Positions 47,731-60,669 of a stretch of 64,000 nt of DNA are shown here, piece by piece; position 1 is the first letter of the stretch, and each line of letters opens with the position of its first letter. Under the pieces are notes generated by a model. That model did not search any database. It saw nothing but the letters and a program-made list of their open reading frames with translations, and was not told the origin of the DNA. The position numbers and the translations under genes are program-made. Origin of the DNA: Rhina ancylostomus (taxonomy: Eukaryota); the NCBI GenBank assembly GCA_030265395.1, contig JARFYF010000002.1, forward strand, positions 65,535,043 through 65,599,042, given 5' to 3'.

Positions 47731-49391
47731 GATTTACTCAACTAACAACACTTAAGTGAATTGATGGGATGAGAAAATCATTTCTGGTTGTAAGGATTCA
47801 ATATGAAATGCACTTAAACTGCCTAAACTCAATTTCTAATGGGTTGGCCCAAGGCGCAAGTTAATCCTGACCCAGCAATATTTGTCATGGCATTTGGGGA
47901 TCTCACTTCTACAGTCAATAAACTGGGCAATTATAAAGAAATAAGTTGTTTACACTGGCACCTTGGGGATACAGCGCAGAGTTTAAGATGAAGGCTTCCT
48001 CATTTTATGCATTGCCTGAGACCTTAATAATTTTATTGCTGAACAGTTGCAAAATTATTGAACATGTTCTATTCCCAACACTGATATCCCTCATCTTAAT
48101 GATTACCTCTTCTTTGACTTTTTAATCAACCTCTTTTTAGTCATTAAAAAAGCTCATAATTATACAACACCATTAATGTAGCAAAAATAAACAGCTTCAC
48201 AGGAGCATTATGATAGCAGATATGATTCTAAACCTTATAAGGAAATATTAGTGTTGATGACTAATAGCTTGATCAAATTGGTGTTTTAAGGGAAGAGATA
48301 GCATTGGAGAAGTGTAAGGAGGGAACTCCAAAAACTTATAGTCTTTGCAGTTGAAGGTTTGGCCACCAATGGTGTAAAGCTTAAAATGAGGGGTGAGGAA
48401 GAGGCCAGAGTTGAGGATCAAAGATAATATGAGCTGTAGGGCTGGAGGTGTACAAATATACAGAGGTGAAGCCATTGCCAGTCTTAAGATAAATAAGCTT
48501 ACATAGAGTTTACAGCACAGCAAACAAACTAGTCAACTTATCAGGCCAATGGAACCATTTCAGAAATGGAGCACAATGCACATACACTACTATGTCACAT
48601 GTAACTAAAGGCAAGGGAATTGGGGATGGAAGCAGAAGATACAAAACAAAAGGATTTTCTTTGGGTTCCCCAGATTGTCTCTTTTTTCATGGAGCCATAT
48701 GAAATGGTCCTGAAACTGTGGCCAACAGTTCGGGTTGATAGTCAGAATATTAGGCCGATAACATGTTGCTTTACTACTATACATCCTAGAAGTTGGAATG
48801 CATTGGTCCGAGAAATGCAAATGATGTACTTCAACGTGGATTTCCAGTTTGAGCTAACGTGGGCAGGGGTCCAGGTCTATTCCACCACAAGAACAGGCAC
48901 CTCAGGAATTCTAGGTCTTTTTATTTCACTAATGAGTACTGACTCTGCTGTGTCAATTACTTCTCAGTTGGTGGCTAAATTTGTTCTGCTAGCTGAAGGA
49001 AATAACACACAAGAAGAGCTAATTAATAAACAGCAGGAAGGATTTACAAAAATATTCGAGAATGATCGTAGTTCTGATTTGGACCATGGCCTTAGTATGT
49101 TCAGCCATTTTGAACTTTATCACATAACCACATTTTAAAATGCTGCCTGTGTTCTTTCTTCCTCTGATTCTTTTTTGTGTGCCATTTTTTCAGTTCAGTG
49201 TAGAGATAGGAAATAAATCCTTAGATTCTTCATTTGGCTTTTGTTGCTGTGTTTGAGTTTACAGGTGTAAACAGCATCAATAGCTGGTTATTTATTGATG
49301 AAAAATTTATATGTAAATTAACATGTCTGGTTAAAAATACTAATAGCTTAATCGCAGTTACTGTCATGTCTACCTTGGGAAGTAGGTGGAA

Positions 49392-49405
49392 GTTGTCATG
49401 GTAAC
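49392..49405. promoter_or_regulatory. RFX X-box-like palindrome
   Basis: GTTGTCATGGTAAC fits GTTNYCATGGYAAC and lies in repeat-free sequence. Confidence 0.35.
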
Positions 49406-52400
49406 TGTCTCACAGTCAAAGGAATTCATTGACTTTGCCTTTTAAGGAAGTTTATGAAGAGACCGACGGAAGTCTTCATTTGTGTCACATATGTAAAGCA
49501 TGAATAGACCTCTGCAACTACTCAAGCTCATAATAAGAACAGGAGCATGCTTTGGGGTATTTATCAAAAAGGTTTAATTATCATGATTATATAATTTTAA
49601 AATCTTTTGTGACATTTCTCAAAGCTTTCACAGATGTTACAACAAATGTAACACCTCATCTATAGGAGGGATCCACGCTCTCCCCACCTTTTCCCATCAT
49701 TACCTACCTTCCATGCATCTTTGAAAGCAGAGACGATAGCTGTGTCAGTTCAAAGACTTAAGCTATATAACTTGGTCTATCTGAATACTGTTAAACGTTC
49801 TACTGGCTTTTTCTAATGGTGCTGGTGGAAAAGGATTGAAACAACATAATTCTTCTTCATACAGCAAAGCTCTTCATTTAAAAATATAAAAGATGCCTAT
49901 ACATCTTTATGTATATGGCTTACATTTAGGTGACTTGTTGTGACTTAATTGTAAAACTATCATTGTAAAACACACAGAGCTTTTTCTTTTTTGTTGTTGA
50001 TTTATGTTAATAAAACAGAAAGGAAATAAATGGATTAGCAATTGTCTGTTCCCCCACAGTAAAGATGGCAGCATTTTGGGAACAGATAGCTACAGCTTGC
50101 ATACAATAAATCTAATTAGCATTCATAACAATAAAATCTATTTGATTAAATCACTCCAGGGTGACTAAACCTGAGGCTGATGGCTCTGTCACATTTTAAA
50201 TGGGAAGTAATAAAAGACCATCATTATGGAGATGCATAGTACAGCTGTTTGAAGATTCCTTCCTAGACTAGCAGGAACACATACAACAGTACTCCATTTA
50301 AGTGAAAGCTTAATTTCACAACAAAATGTTTTCTGATTATTAAATTACTCTCATGAGAAACCTACTTTTGGATGGGGAGTAACTGATCCCTTAATTTTTA
50401 CATTGGGGTCATTCTTTCTGAAGTAGCCTGGTTTCCAATAGAATTACCAGCATAGTGCAACATAGAATCTTTGTTTAAAATACTATGTTAGTTCAAAATA
50501 TACAGGTAATTGACATGTAAGTGTCTAAAAAGCCAATTTCCAAGCATCACATTCTGTGTTTTTGAAGTGAAAAGATAAATCACATTCTGATACACATTAC
50601 CATATTGTTANNNNNNNNNNNNNNNNNNNNNNNNNNNNNNNNNNNNNNNNNNNNNNNNNNNNNNNNNNNNNNNNNNNNNNNNNNNNNNNNNNNNNNNNNN
50701 NNNNNNNNNNTCACATTCTGATACACATTACCATATTGTTAAGTTAATTTGAGGTTAGATTGAAGGGAAAATATATTCCATGATCCATGCTGAGATTTAA
50801 AATGCTTGGGTAGGGACACTCAAATTGTATGCTACAGTTCTTTGCTCACCTTAGACTCCTTCAACTGCTGATTCTTTTACTTATTATCTTTCTACAATGG
50901 CATTCTACAAAAAAAGGTAACTGAGGCTGTATGGTGATTGTACTGGAACAAAAAATTTGAATCAGCTATTTTGGAAAGTGTGCCTCATCATGAAGCAACC
51001 TGACAGAAAGCTTTATTCAGTTTAGCATCATTGGTGTCTTTGTACCAAAGCTTTTTTTCATCTTAATCTACATGACTCGCTCTCATTTTATGGAATTTCA
51101 GTCCTCTTGGTCCCAATGTTTGACTCTCAGTGGCATTGCAGGTACAGAGTTAAATTCTTACTAAATTGTTCCAGAGGCATAGTCACCCAGCTGTATACAT
51201 TTAATATAACTTTCCCATGCTGCCCAACTCATTAGTTCCTCCAGGAAGCTCCCTTGATTCTGTCTTCCATACCTACCAATGTAATAATATTTAGAACTGT
51301 AATGGTTGCTAGATTAAATCTGGCTCGCTAAAATGATTTCTGACATGGGAAATATAGAATTTGAGCGTTGCAGTGGTGATTGTATCAGAACTGTGATAAA
51401 TGAGTCATTTGATTAAAGAACTGTGGCCAATGTATGCTTTGCTTGATTTGGGAGCATATTAAGCTGATGATGGACGCGTCATTATGGAAGGATATTCTCC
51501 CTTGGTACTAACACTGTGATGGTTCAAATTCACCTTTCCATCGAAAAAAGAGAAACATTAAATCTAATGTCATTAATTTAGAAAATCTGATTAATTTATT
51601 GTAGCAGTTCAATCACTTAATACTAAAGAATCTGTATACTGTTAAAGACAGTGAGAGTGGGGTTGGAGTATTATTAAGTAAAAACAGAAGCCCTTGGGTG
51701 ATCAGAAAGTGAAGAACAAATTTGAACTGTGAATAATCATTCAGAAATAATTGATCTCTGCCTTTTGCATGCATTACCAATGTGTTCTGAAGACTTTCTT
51801 CATCTTTTATCACCTACAAATTATTCTTCTTGATTCCCAAATTCAGCCGCCTTGATGTCTTATGCTTTAGATGCTGAAATATGCAGAATAAGCTTCTCCT
51901 GGAACTGACTCAAGCTATTCACGATTTCCTTCAACTTAAGCAAGCCCAACCCATTTCCTGGCAGGAGTGGGCCCATGGTACAAAATTACTCATAATTTTG
52001 TAAATGAGTTGATGATAACTACTTGTTTAACCTCAAAGCTCAATGGCTGAGGTTGGAATGACTCATTTGACTTGTTCATTAGCTCCACTCCAATGGGAGG
52101 TTTGTTGAGGGACTGCAGTTTGCAGTGTGAAAGAGTCAGAAGAGACACAACTTTAATTGACACTCATCTGCATTGACATTGGGCCTGTCATGGAGTTGTT
52201 AAGATCAATATTTGTGTGCCATCAGCAGTATTTCTGAGAACAACCAAATTTGAGAAAGATATTGGACATTCCCTCTAAGTTGATGGAGTGTAAGTTTTTT
52301 CATGAGGTCATTTCATGACTGCTCAAGGTACTGCTTCAAACATTTCTCTTGGAGTTGCATGCTGTAGATTGTGTCTATTATGCCTCTCAATGGATAGTTC

Positions 52401-52647
52401 ATTTTGGGAAGCAGCTAGTGGGAAGTGGTGGTTGAAGAGGGCCCTTGCAATGCTATTCCTTGCAGTTTACGGTAGGGACAACCTTCTGTAGTTACTGTAA
52501 TCATTTTTGACTTCTTTCTTGAAGATGCTCACAATCGTGGCTTTTCTGAGATTCCCTGACATGTCCTCCTTCCCCTTCTGAGATGTTTGAGAACATTTGA
52601 GAACCTCAGCAGGGATATCATCAGCACCTAAGGTTTTGCTTTTTCTC

Positions 52648-52872
52648 AGAGACACAACAGACTGGGCATGCTGGAATCTGGAGCAACAAACAATCTGGAG
52701 GACCACAGCGGGTCGAAGAGCATCTGTGGGGGGAAAGGAAATGTCAATGTTTCAGGGCGAAACCCTGTATTAGGATGCAGGCTTTCAACCCCAAACGTCA
52801 GCAATTCCTTCCCACCCCCACAGATGCTGCTCAACCCGCTGAGTTCCTCCAGCAGAACGTTGGTTGCTCCTT
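52648..52872. mobile_element. Palindromic Penelope-derived element (~90-bp inverted arms)
   Basis: ggagcaac..ctggaggaccacagcgggtcga..gcatctgtgggg..aaggaa pairs with ttccttcccacccccacagatgctgctcaacccgctgagttcctccag..gttgctcc. Axis near 52770. Confidence 0.8.
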
Positions 52873-53077
52873 GTTGTTTTTCCTGTGGTATATGGTCATT
52901 TGAATTTTCTGTTCTTCTGGGTTGTTGGTAAGTCTGGACCAGGTAATTTGTTGCGGCATGGAGTCAATGGACTCAATAACACTCATATCCAGGATAGTGC
53001 ACCTTCTAGTGGGCCTTAACTGTCTTTCTTTCCTTGATAAGTTCTCCTCCATTTTTGGCTCTCAACAGTATGGGCCA

Positions 53078-53355
53078 TTAATTGGTTTATTATTGTCACA
53101 CGTACTGAGACACAGTGAAAAGCTTTAGTTTGCAGGCCATCCAGATTATTCCAGACATAAATACATTGAAGTAGTACAAAAGGAAAATAATTGAGATTAA
53201 ANNNNNNNNNNNNNNNNNNNNNNNNNNNNNNNNNNNNNNNNNNNNNNNNNNNNNNNNNNNNNNNNNNNNNNNNNNNNNNNNNNNNNNNNNNNNNNNNNNN
53301 NATTCCAGACATAAATACATTGAAGTAGTACAAAAGGAAAATAATTGAGATTAAA
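53078..53355 (-). mobile_element. Rex1/Babar 3' tail (subfamily 2), spanning a gap
   Basis: attggtttattattgtcacacgtactgagacacagtgaaaagct matches the reverse complement of the 9335-9360 tail and 61745-61800. Confidence 0.7.
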
Positions 53356-53691
53356 AAGAGGAGAATGCTTATAATAAATGTAATGAATAGATCTGCTGAA
53401 GCTACCTTGCAAAGAGTTGCCACACACCAGTGCCACCTTGATTCCTGCTAATGTTTCATTATGCGTTTTTAATCACAGTTGGTATTTTCTGGACTGAAGA
53501 ACCTGTGCTAATCTTGGCTAGCAATGAGTGGCTGGACCTCGACCTTCAGGTGCCTGCTGAGCTGTTTCTTTTCATTCCTGGTCATTCTTATCAATCTAGT
53601 CTTGGTGTTCCCTGATCTAGGAGCCAAGCGTTATCTTGCAGGTGCAAATTGTAGTCAATTGGGGCAGTCCCAATGCTATGGACACTCTGCA

Positions 53692-53993
53692 GATAAGATA
53701 AGATATCTTTATTAGTCACATGTACATCAAAACACACAGTCAAATGTATTTTTTGCGTGGAGAATTCTGGGGCAGCCCGCAAGTGTTGCTACGCTTCCGG
53801 CGCCAACATAGCGTGCCCACAGCTTCCTAATCCGTACATCTTTGGAATGTGGGAGGAAACTGGAGCACCTGGAAGAAACCCACGCAGACACGGGGAGAAC
53901 ATACAGACTCCTTAAAGAGAGTGGAGGGAATTGAACCTGGATCACTGGTGCTGTAAAGCGTTACGCTAACCGCTACACTACTGTGCCTGCCCT
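53692..53993 (-). mobile_element. Type A V-SINE, full length
   Basis: Reverse complement of the full head, V-domain and tail, with a (taaga)n end. Confidence 0.9.
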
Positions 53994-55231
53994 AATCCTA
54001 ATGATCAAGAGTCAGCAGGTTGCCTGTGTGATAATATCTGAGAAGAGTTTTCATCATGAGGTCCTTGAGACCTTCAGCATTGATTTTCTTGCAGTAATAT
54101 TTTCCAGAGGTTGTTGGAGACAATGGTCAGCACAACAGTTATTGGGACCTATCATGACAACGGTGATCAGACATAGTCTAATTGGTTTAAGTGCCTGGAC
54201 TGTGTGTGCTGCCATGCAGCTTTGTACTCTTCTCTCTGATGCAAGAGGCTAAGTTATGTCAAGACAGTGTTCCAATCATTCTGTCAGATAGATAACTTAT
54301 TTGGGGTTAACTTTCCCTACTCTTTTCTCGGCAATCACCCGTTTTTCTAAAGGTTTGATCCCTTTCCAAACCTGGCACTAATTTCACCAAGGACGATCAG
54401 TCTGCTTCCCTCTGGGATGCTGGCCAAGGTTTTTCAAAGTTGGCAGAGAAGCCTTCCTTTGCCTCATCTTGCACAACTTTTTTCATGCATATTGTCCATT
54501 GATTCTTGGTTCCCTGGTACTGGCACTGTGTGGGGTCTTCTAAGAAGTGTATTGTGAGGCAGTGTGGTGGTGTGACTTCCCTTTGCAATTTGATGCTTGT
54601 TCTGTTGTGATTTAAAACCGAGATTCTTTTTTGTTCTGGAATGTCTGAAGTGCCAGCCGGTATGTTTGCCTATTCTTTGGAGAGATATGGGTGCCAGTAT
54701 ACTGAGGACTGGATTATGCACAGAAAATCCTCACCTTAACTTCTTGTCAGTATATCAAGGAAGTATTTTGACATTGCGTTGACAACTATCTAATTCTGTT
54801 TCTCTGACACTATTTAACCTTAAATATCTGGTACCCTTATGGTGTAGTGACTGCATAGGTATGAGTGCACTGCAGCTGGATTAAATGCTAAATGGATGAG
54901 GAAAATCAATGCAGGATTCACAAATCATATCAAGACGAGGGGGGTTGAAACACAGTGCACTAACAACTCATTGTTTCAGTGCCTTCCCCACTGCAATATG
55001 TTCTGCAGCACTTATGGGAATATCTTCCTCTCTCTCTGCTACGATACTTCATAGGTCATACTTGAGAAGAAAAACATGTTCATGAGGCAGCATAAAGTGT
55101 TAATGTCTACAGTTTTTCTGGTGCTATGACCTGAGTCTCAGACAAAATGATCAAAAGGATGGTGCCAAAAGGGAACAAGTTGTTTTCACAGCAGTATGGG
55201 GTTGACAAATCCAACCTCTTCATTGGTGATC

Positions 55232-55395
55232 TCAGTCAAAGTTTCAGGTTGATAACTATTCATCAGGTCATAGGTCATTAAACTGAAACATTGATTGTTT
55301 TTCTTTCTCCACATCTGCTGTCTGGCCTGTTGAGTATTGCCAGATTTTCTCTATTTGCTTTAAATTTCTGGAATCTGCATTTTTTTTTGTTTTGC
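55232..55395. mobile_element. Penelope pseudo-LTR remnant with head-to-head hammerhead-like cores
   Basis: Minus strand CTGATGA-atagttatcaacct-GAAAC at 55241-55266. Plus strand ..aactgaaacattgattg..ctccacatctgctgtctggcctgttgagt. Confidence 0.55.
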
Positions 55396-55464
55396 TTTTC
55401 GATTATCCATTTCCACTTTCTGTTTGCTGTTCAATATGTTCCTGAAAATAAATGCACACAGTAT

Positions 55465-55695
55465 GTTCAGTGATCGGGGTTCGATTCCTGTTGCCGTCTG
55501 TAAGAAGTTTGTACGTTCTCCCGTGTCTGCGTGGGTTTCCTCTGGGTGCTCCCATTTCCTCCCACATTCTAAAGACGTACAGGTAGGTTAATTTGGGGTT
55601 TAAAATGGGCGGTGCGGACTCGTTAGGCTGGAAGGGCCTCTTACCACGCTGTAAATAGAATTTCTAAAAAATGTAAAATTTTAATTAAAAAAAAT
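55465..55695 (+). mobile_element. V-SINE type B, 5'-truncated
   Basis: ggttcgattcc B-box, V-domain, and gtaggttaatttggggtttaaaatgggcgg..gaagggcctcttaccacgctgtaaata, as in 42661-43055. Confidence 0.85.
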
Positions 55696-55789
55696 GTAAA
55701 CAGCAATTACCTATAAAGAGGAACTTCAATTGCAGGAATGCCCTTTGACAGATATCTGTAGAAAATGCAGTCACATTCACCAATTTGCA

Positions 55790-56120
55790 ATCATCCCCAG
55801 ATAACAAACGGGTTCCGATTTTACAGATGTCTATAAATTGATTTTGTCTATAAATTGATTTTGTCCATAATTAAGAAAATCCTCAAAAATCACACAACAT
55901 GGTAACAATACCTCTACAATATTTTTATGAATGACATCTAAAATACATATGGCTGAGAAGGAAGAACAATTATTAGGGAGAGGGAGAGGGAGAGGGAGAA
56001 CTAGTTCTGCCATTCATAGATATATACATCAGACTTTTTAATTTAATAACATGATGGGAGCTTGTTTGCATGTAGTGAGTGTCCATAAGTCAGGCATTCA
56101 TAACCCCGGTCTGGCCTGTA
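55790..56120. mobile_element. Possible Tigger/pogo-like MITE remnant
   Basis: Degenerate terminal inverted repeats (tccccagataacaaacg / attcataaccccggtctggcctgta, ending in TA). Contains a 17-bp tandem duplication at ~55830 and (agggag)4. Confidence 0.35.
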
Positions 56121-56919
56121 TGTGTTAACAAAAAATTAACTGGTTGTGAAATGCTTTAGAATATTCTTGTAAAAGGTACTGTTCTGTTTCTTTCAGGCAC
56201 TGAGGATTGGTATTACAATGCCATCTGCTCATGTAAAGAAAGACTTGATAACACATTATAATAAGTATGTCAATAACTGGAAAACTGAACATTTTAAGAG
56301 ATAAAATAAAGTCTGGTCATGAGCACTTGAATCAAATTGAGGTGCAGATCAACTATTAGGGATTTGATATATGTTCAACAAGAGCGAGAGAGCAATATTT
56401 TTTGATGTCAGAAAATATTATAGTTGGGAAATGAAAGACATATTAAATTAATTCTTTACATCAATCTTCAGCAATAATTACATTGACTTGATTTGTGAGA
56501 AGGCATTCAATAAAATTGCACTAATCAGCTTTGCAGAGAAGATTAAGTCTATGTGATTGATGACAAATGAGTGGCTGATCTAGAAACTGTCTTTGCAGTA
56601 GAAAGCGGAAGGTGTTTGTAACTTGGAGCTGTTCCATTGAGGTAGGCTGGCAGTAACGATCCTTTGAAGTTCACGGGGTCAGCACTGTTCATTCTGCTCC
56701 CAAATAACAATGAAGAGAAGGTTTTTTGAAATAATATATGATTTACCAATGACTCTACGCAACAGGTAACAAGTGGAAGATGGACTGATATTATTGAGAG
56801 AATTCTGAACCATTTTAATGGATGGTTGAGCTGAGGAAGACTGGCTGGATTTTTATGCAGTGAAAGACTCACAGTTGAGAAAAGGAATAAAGATGCCCCA
56901 CAGTGTTTTACAATCAATG

Positions 56920-57245
56920 AAATATTTTTAAACACAGTTGTAATGTAGGTGAATGTGGCTGCTGATCAATTTACAAACAACTAATTTACAGCTCCCATAT
57001 ACAGGAATTAAATTAATACATAACCAGACAATATGTTTTAGATGGTGTTGTTTGACAAATAAATATTGTTCAAATGAGGTGTCAAAGGATCACTTGCGTT
57101 CATTGAGAGAGAGATTAGGGACATTTTAATGTATCATAACATGGTGCCACTTTGAAGTATTAGTCTAGATTATGTACCCCTGTTTCTGGAATAGGGTTCG
57201 ATCTCACTTTCCTCTGCATCAGAGTTGAGCTACCACTAAGCTAAG
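56920..57245 (-). mobile_element. Deu-SINE, old copy
   Basis: Collinear similarity with 2850-3190 (..taatttacagctccc..atgttttagatggtgttgtttgacaaataaatattg..gagctaccactaagcta). Confidence 0.5.
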
Positions 57246-59221
57246 TTTGCTGATCCTGAATAGTAATGGAATGCTGATTTTTTTTAAGGTGGATCGGAAA
57301 ATAATTTGGGTATAGTACCTGACCTATGACTGAAGTGAATCTGTTGCAGATAAGGGACAAATCACAGCTATCTAATTATTAGGTGCAAGAAGTTTTTCCA
57401 TCCTTCCAAGAGACAACAATTGGAAGATGGTGGTAATTCAATGATCCAGAGAAAGAAGCAGGATATAACTCAACAGCTCTATCCCAAACCCAATTCCTCT
57501 CTTTGGCAGCTTTGGGTACCTCCTTTTTAAAAGAATTTTGATGCATTGCACAGTTGTGTGATAATGATCATTTTGGAATTCTTATGTCATAAAAAGAGTT
57601 TCAAATAATTTAACATAGAGAAAAGTAAGTTGAAAAGGAAGGATGATTTTGTTTTCCAGTACACTCAGAGACATTTCAAGATGCAAACTGCTGTATTAAT
57701 TATATTTATACAGTATCTTGCATGTTGAAGTATCTCAAGGTGCTTTCTACAGTTGCTTTATAAATTTGTGTAACTATTATATAAGCACTGAAATATGGAG
57801 TGAATTGATATTGAGAAGGTAGAATGAAAGATGACAGAGACAGATTCAGTCACAACTTTTAGAGGGAACACTGCTTGAAGGGAGAAAATTACAAAGCTCT
57901 GGAGCAGGAAGAGAGGAATGGGATTAATTGGATAGCTCAAGGTGCTAAAACAGGTAAAATGGACCAAATGTTCTCTCTCCCTCTGTTGAATATGAGTTTA
58001 CAATGAAGAAGACAAAAAGCACTTAAAGTTACAAAATTCTTTTCTCTCACAAGTCTGGACCCAGAACAATCACATCAAAATTAAAACTGTAATAGTTTAT
58101 GATAGGTCAATTAGTGCATTTAAAAGGATTCTTGCATAGATGTTTAATTTGAACCAGGATTGAGCATTACAATAGCATGAATAACAAAATGCTGTGTGAA
58201 GCACAGTAGCTCCTAAATTCTGATGCAATGGAACTGTTATATCAAAGGAGGATCCTAGTCAAGGAGGGTAATATAGGATGTAACATTGGGTAATTAATTT
58301 GAAATTTTCCGAAGCTTACCTCTGAAAAGACGGAGAAGATTTCTTCACATTAAAAACCAGCACAGAGATGTAAGTAACATACCCTTTCAGAAGCAGCCTC
58401 TAGCAGTCCCCTTCAACAGAACCGGAAATCCATGTGCATCAGGTTCACCCCCCCACTCTGCCCAATGCTGACACATTTCTGGAAATGGTCTTGAAATAGG
58501 CATTAGAATCTTCACTAACATATGCATGGGATCTAATGGCTCTTTTGGGTGGATACCAGGAACACTTGAATGTTAGTGATCCAAACTGGCATTAGTCATA
58601 TCTTAAATGTCCTTCAGTCATTAGGAGCGGCAGTCTTGGTCAGGAGTCCCACATTTGGAATCAATGATCTGTGCCTCCTCCTTTCAGGGAAAATGGGAAA
58701 GACAATCCAGATGACAAAGTGCTTGGTAGGTCTCCCTTTAACTTAGCTCCTAGGAACACGAGTCCTCACTGAATGAGTCAGAGAGGTTTCCTTGGACTTT
58801 ATGATGCTTTTAATTTGAAAATTGTTGTAAACTTTCTATATAGGTTTAAGTTTATTACTGTCATGGTCCAGTTTAAACAAAATATCTGTATTCTAAAGAA
58901 GATTTCTTTTGGAATACAACATTGTATTTGAATAAATATCATTTGTACATAATTTTAAATGAAAATGTTTTTTTTTCACAGTTGGGGAAAACACCACAGA
59001 TGAAAGAACACATTTTATTCCTATTATAAACGTGACTGATCTAACTAGCCTGTTCCTCTCATTTACACATCTGGTTATAATTAGCTTTACTGTCTATTCC
59101 TGGAAAGATTTTCTGGTACAATTGTCTGAAACAGTTTAACTTTCTTTAATTGTAAATAAATGACAGACATTTAAGGAGATAACTCATAACTCTCAAAACG
59201 ATATTCTGTTGAGAAATAAAG

Positions 59222-59860
59222 ACTCTTAAGATGTGGTCTACTTGGATTTCAGTAAGACCTTTAACAAGGTGCCACATGGGAGACTGGTCCGAAAGGAAAG
59301 AGCCCATGGAACCTAGAATTATTTAGCAAATTGGATCCAAAATTAGTGTGTTGGTAGGAGGCAAGGGGTGATGGTTGAGGGTTCTTTTTGCAATTGCAAT
59401 CTGTAACCAGTAGTCTACCACAGGTATTGGTGTGAGAACCCTTGCTGCTTGTTATATACATTAACTATCTGGATGTGAATGTTGGGGGAATGATCAGTAA
59501 GTTTACATATAAAATGAAGATTGGTTGTGTTGTGGATAATGAGGACAGTAGTTTTGAGCTACTGAATGATATTATTCATTTGGTAAATTGGGAGAAATGA
59601 CAGATGGAATTTAATTCTGAAAAGTGTAAGGTATTACATTTTGTTAGAATTAATAATGCCAGAATATACACAATGAATGGTAGGAGCTGGGAAGTACAGA
59701 GGAACAGAGGGATCTTGATGTACATATCGAAGAATTCCTGAAGGTAGCAACACAGGTCAGTAAAGTGGTTAAGAAGGCATTTGGGATGCTTTTCTTCATT
59801 AGCTCAGGAGTAGAATATAAGAGCAAGGAGGTTTTGGTGCAATTAAATAAACTATTAGTT
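59222..59860 (+). mobile_element. CR1 LINE RT fragment
   Basis: DVVYLDFSKTFNKVPHGRLV; VVKKAFGMLFFISSGVEYKSKEVLVQLNKLLV. Runs into a gap. Confidence 0.88.
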
Positions 59861-60669
59861 NNNNNNNNNNNNNNNNNNNNNNNNNNNNNNNNNNNNNNNN
59901 NNNNNNNNNNNNNNNNNNNNNNNNNNNNNNNNNNNNNNNNNNNNNNNNNNNNNNNNNNNNNNNNNNNNNNNNNNNNNNNNNNNNNNNNNNNNNNNNNNNN
60001 NNNNNNNNNNNNNNNNNNNNNNNNNNNNNNNNNNNNNNNNNNNNNNNNNNNNNNNNNNNNNNNNNNNNNNNNNNNNNNNNNNNNNNNNNNNNNNNNNNNN
60101 NNNNNNNNNNNNNNNNNNNNNNNNNNNNNNNNNNNNNNNNNNNNNNNNNNNNNNNNNNNNNNNNNNNNNNNNNNNNNNNNNNNNNNNNNNNNNNNNNNNN
60201 NNNNNNNNNNNNNNNNNNNNNNNNNNNNNNNNNNNNNNNNNNNNNNNNNNNNNNNNNNNNNNNNNNNNNNNNNNNNNNNNNNNNNNNNNNNNNNNNNNNN
60301 NNNNNNNNNNNNNNNNNNNNNNNNNNNNNNNNNNNNNNNNNNNNNNNNNNNNNNNNNNNNNNNNNNNNNNNNNNNNNNNNNNNNNNNNNNNNNNNNNNNN
60401 NNNNNNNNNNNNNNNNNNNNNNNNNNNNNNNNNNNNNNNNNNNNNNNNNNNNNNNNNNNNNNNNNNNNNNNNNNNNNNNNNNNNNNNNNNNNNNNNNNNN
60501 NNNNNNNNNNNNNNNNNNNNNNNNNNNNNNNNNNNNNNNNNNNNNNNNNNNNNNNNNNNNNNNNNNNNNNNNNNNNNNNNNNNNNNNNNNNNNNNNNNNN
60601 NNNNNNNNNNAACTATTTGGTTCTTGAACCAACCAGCAAAATTTAATCACCACTACAGTTTAGCAACAC

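Larger units (their letters stand above)
52330..54560 (-). mobile_element. RTE-clade LINE (endonuclease to RT N-terminus), heavily decayed, host to three nested insertions
   Basis: LRKSKTLGADDIPAEVLK..EDMSGNLRKATIVSIFKKEVKNDYSNYRRLSL (52467-52640). ITVVMIGPNNCCADHCL (APE-like 'TDH' motif, ~54110-54170). DEAKEGFSANFEK (~54430-54470). Confidence 0.7.

Noticed and set aside
48620-49138. 172-aa plus-strand ORF
   Set aside because: No recognisable domain, non-ATG start, no supporting splice context; length is within chance for 64 kb in six frames.
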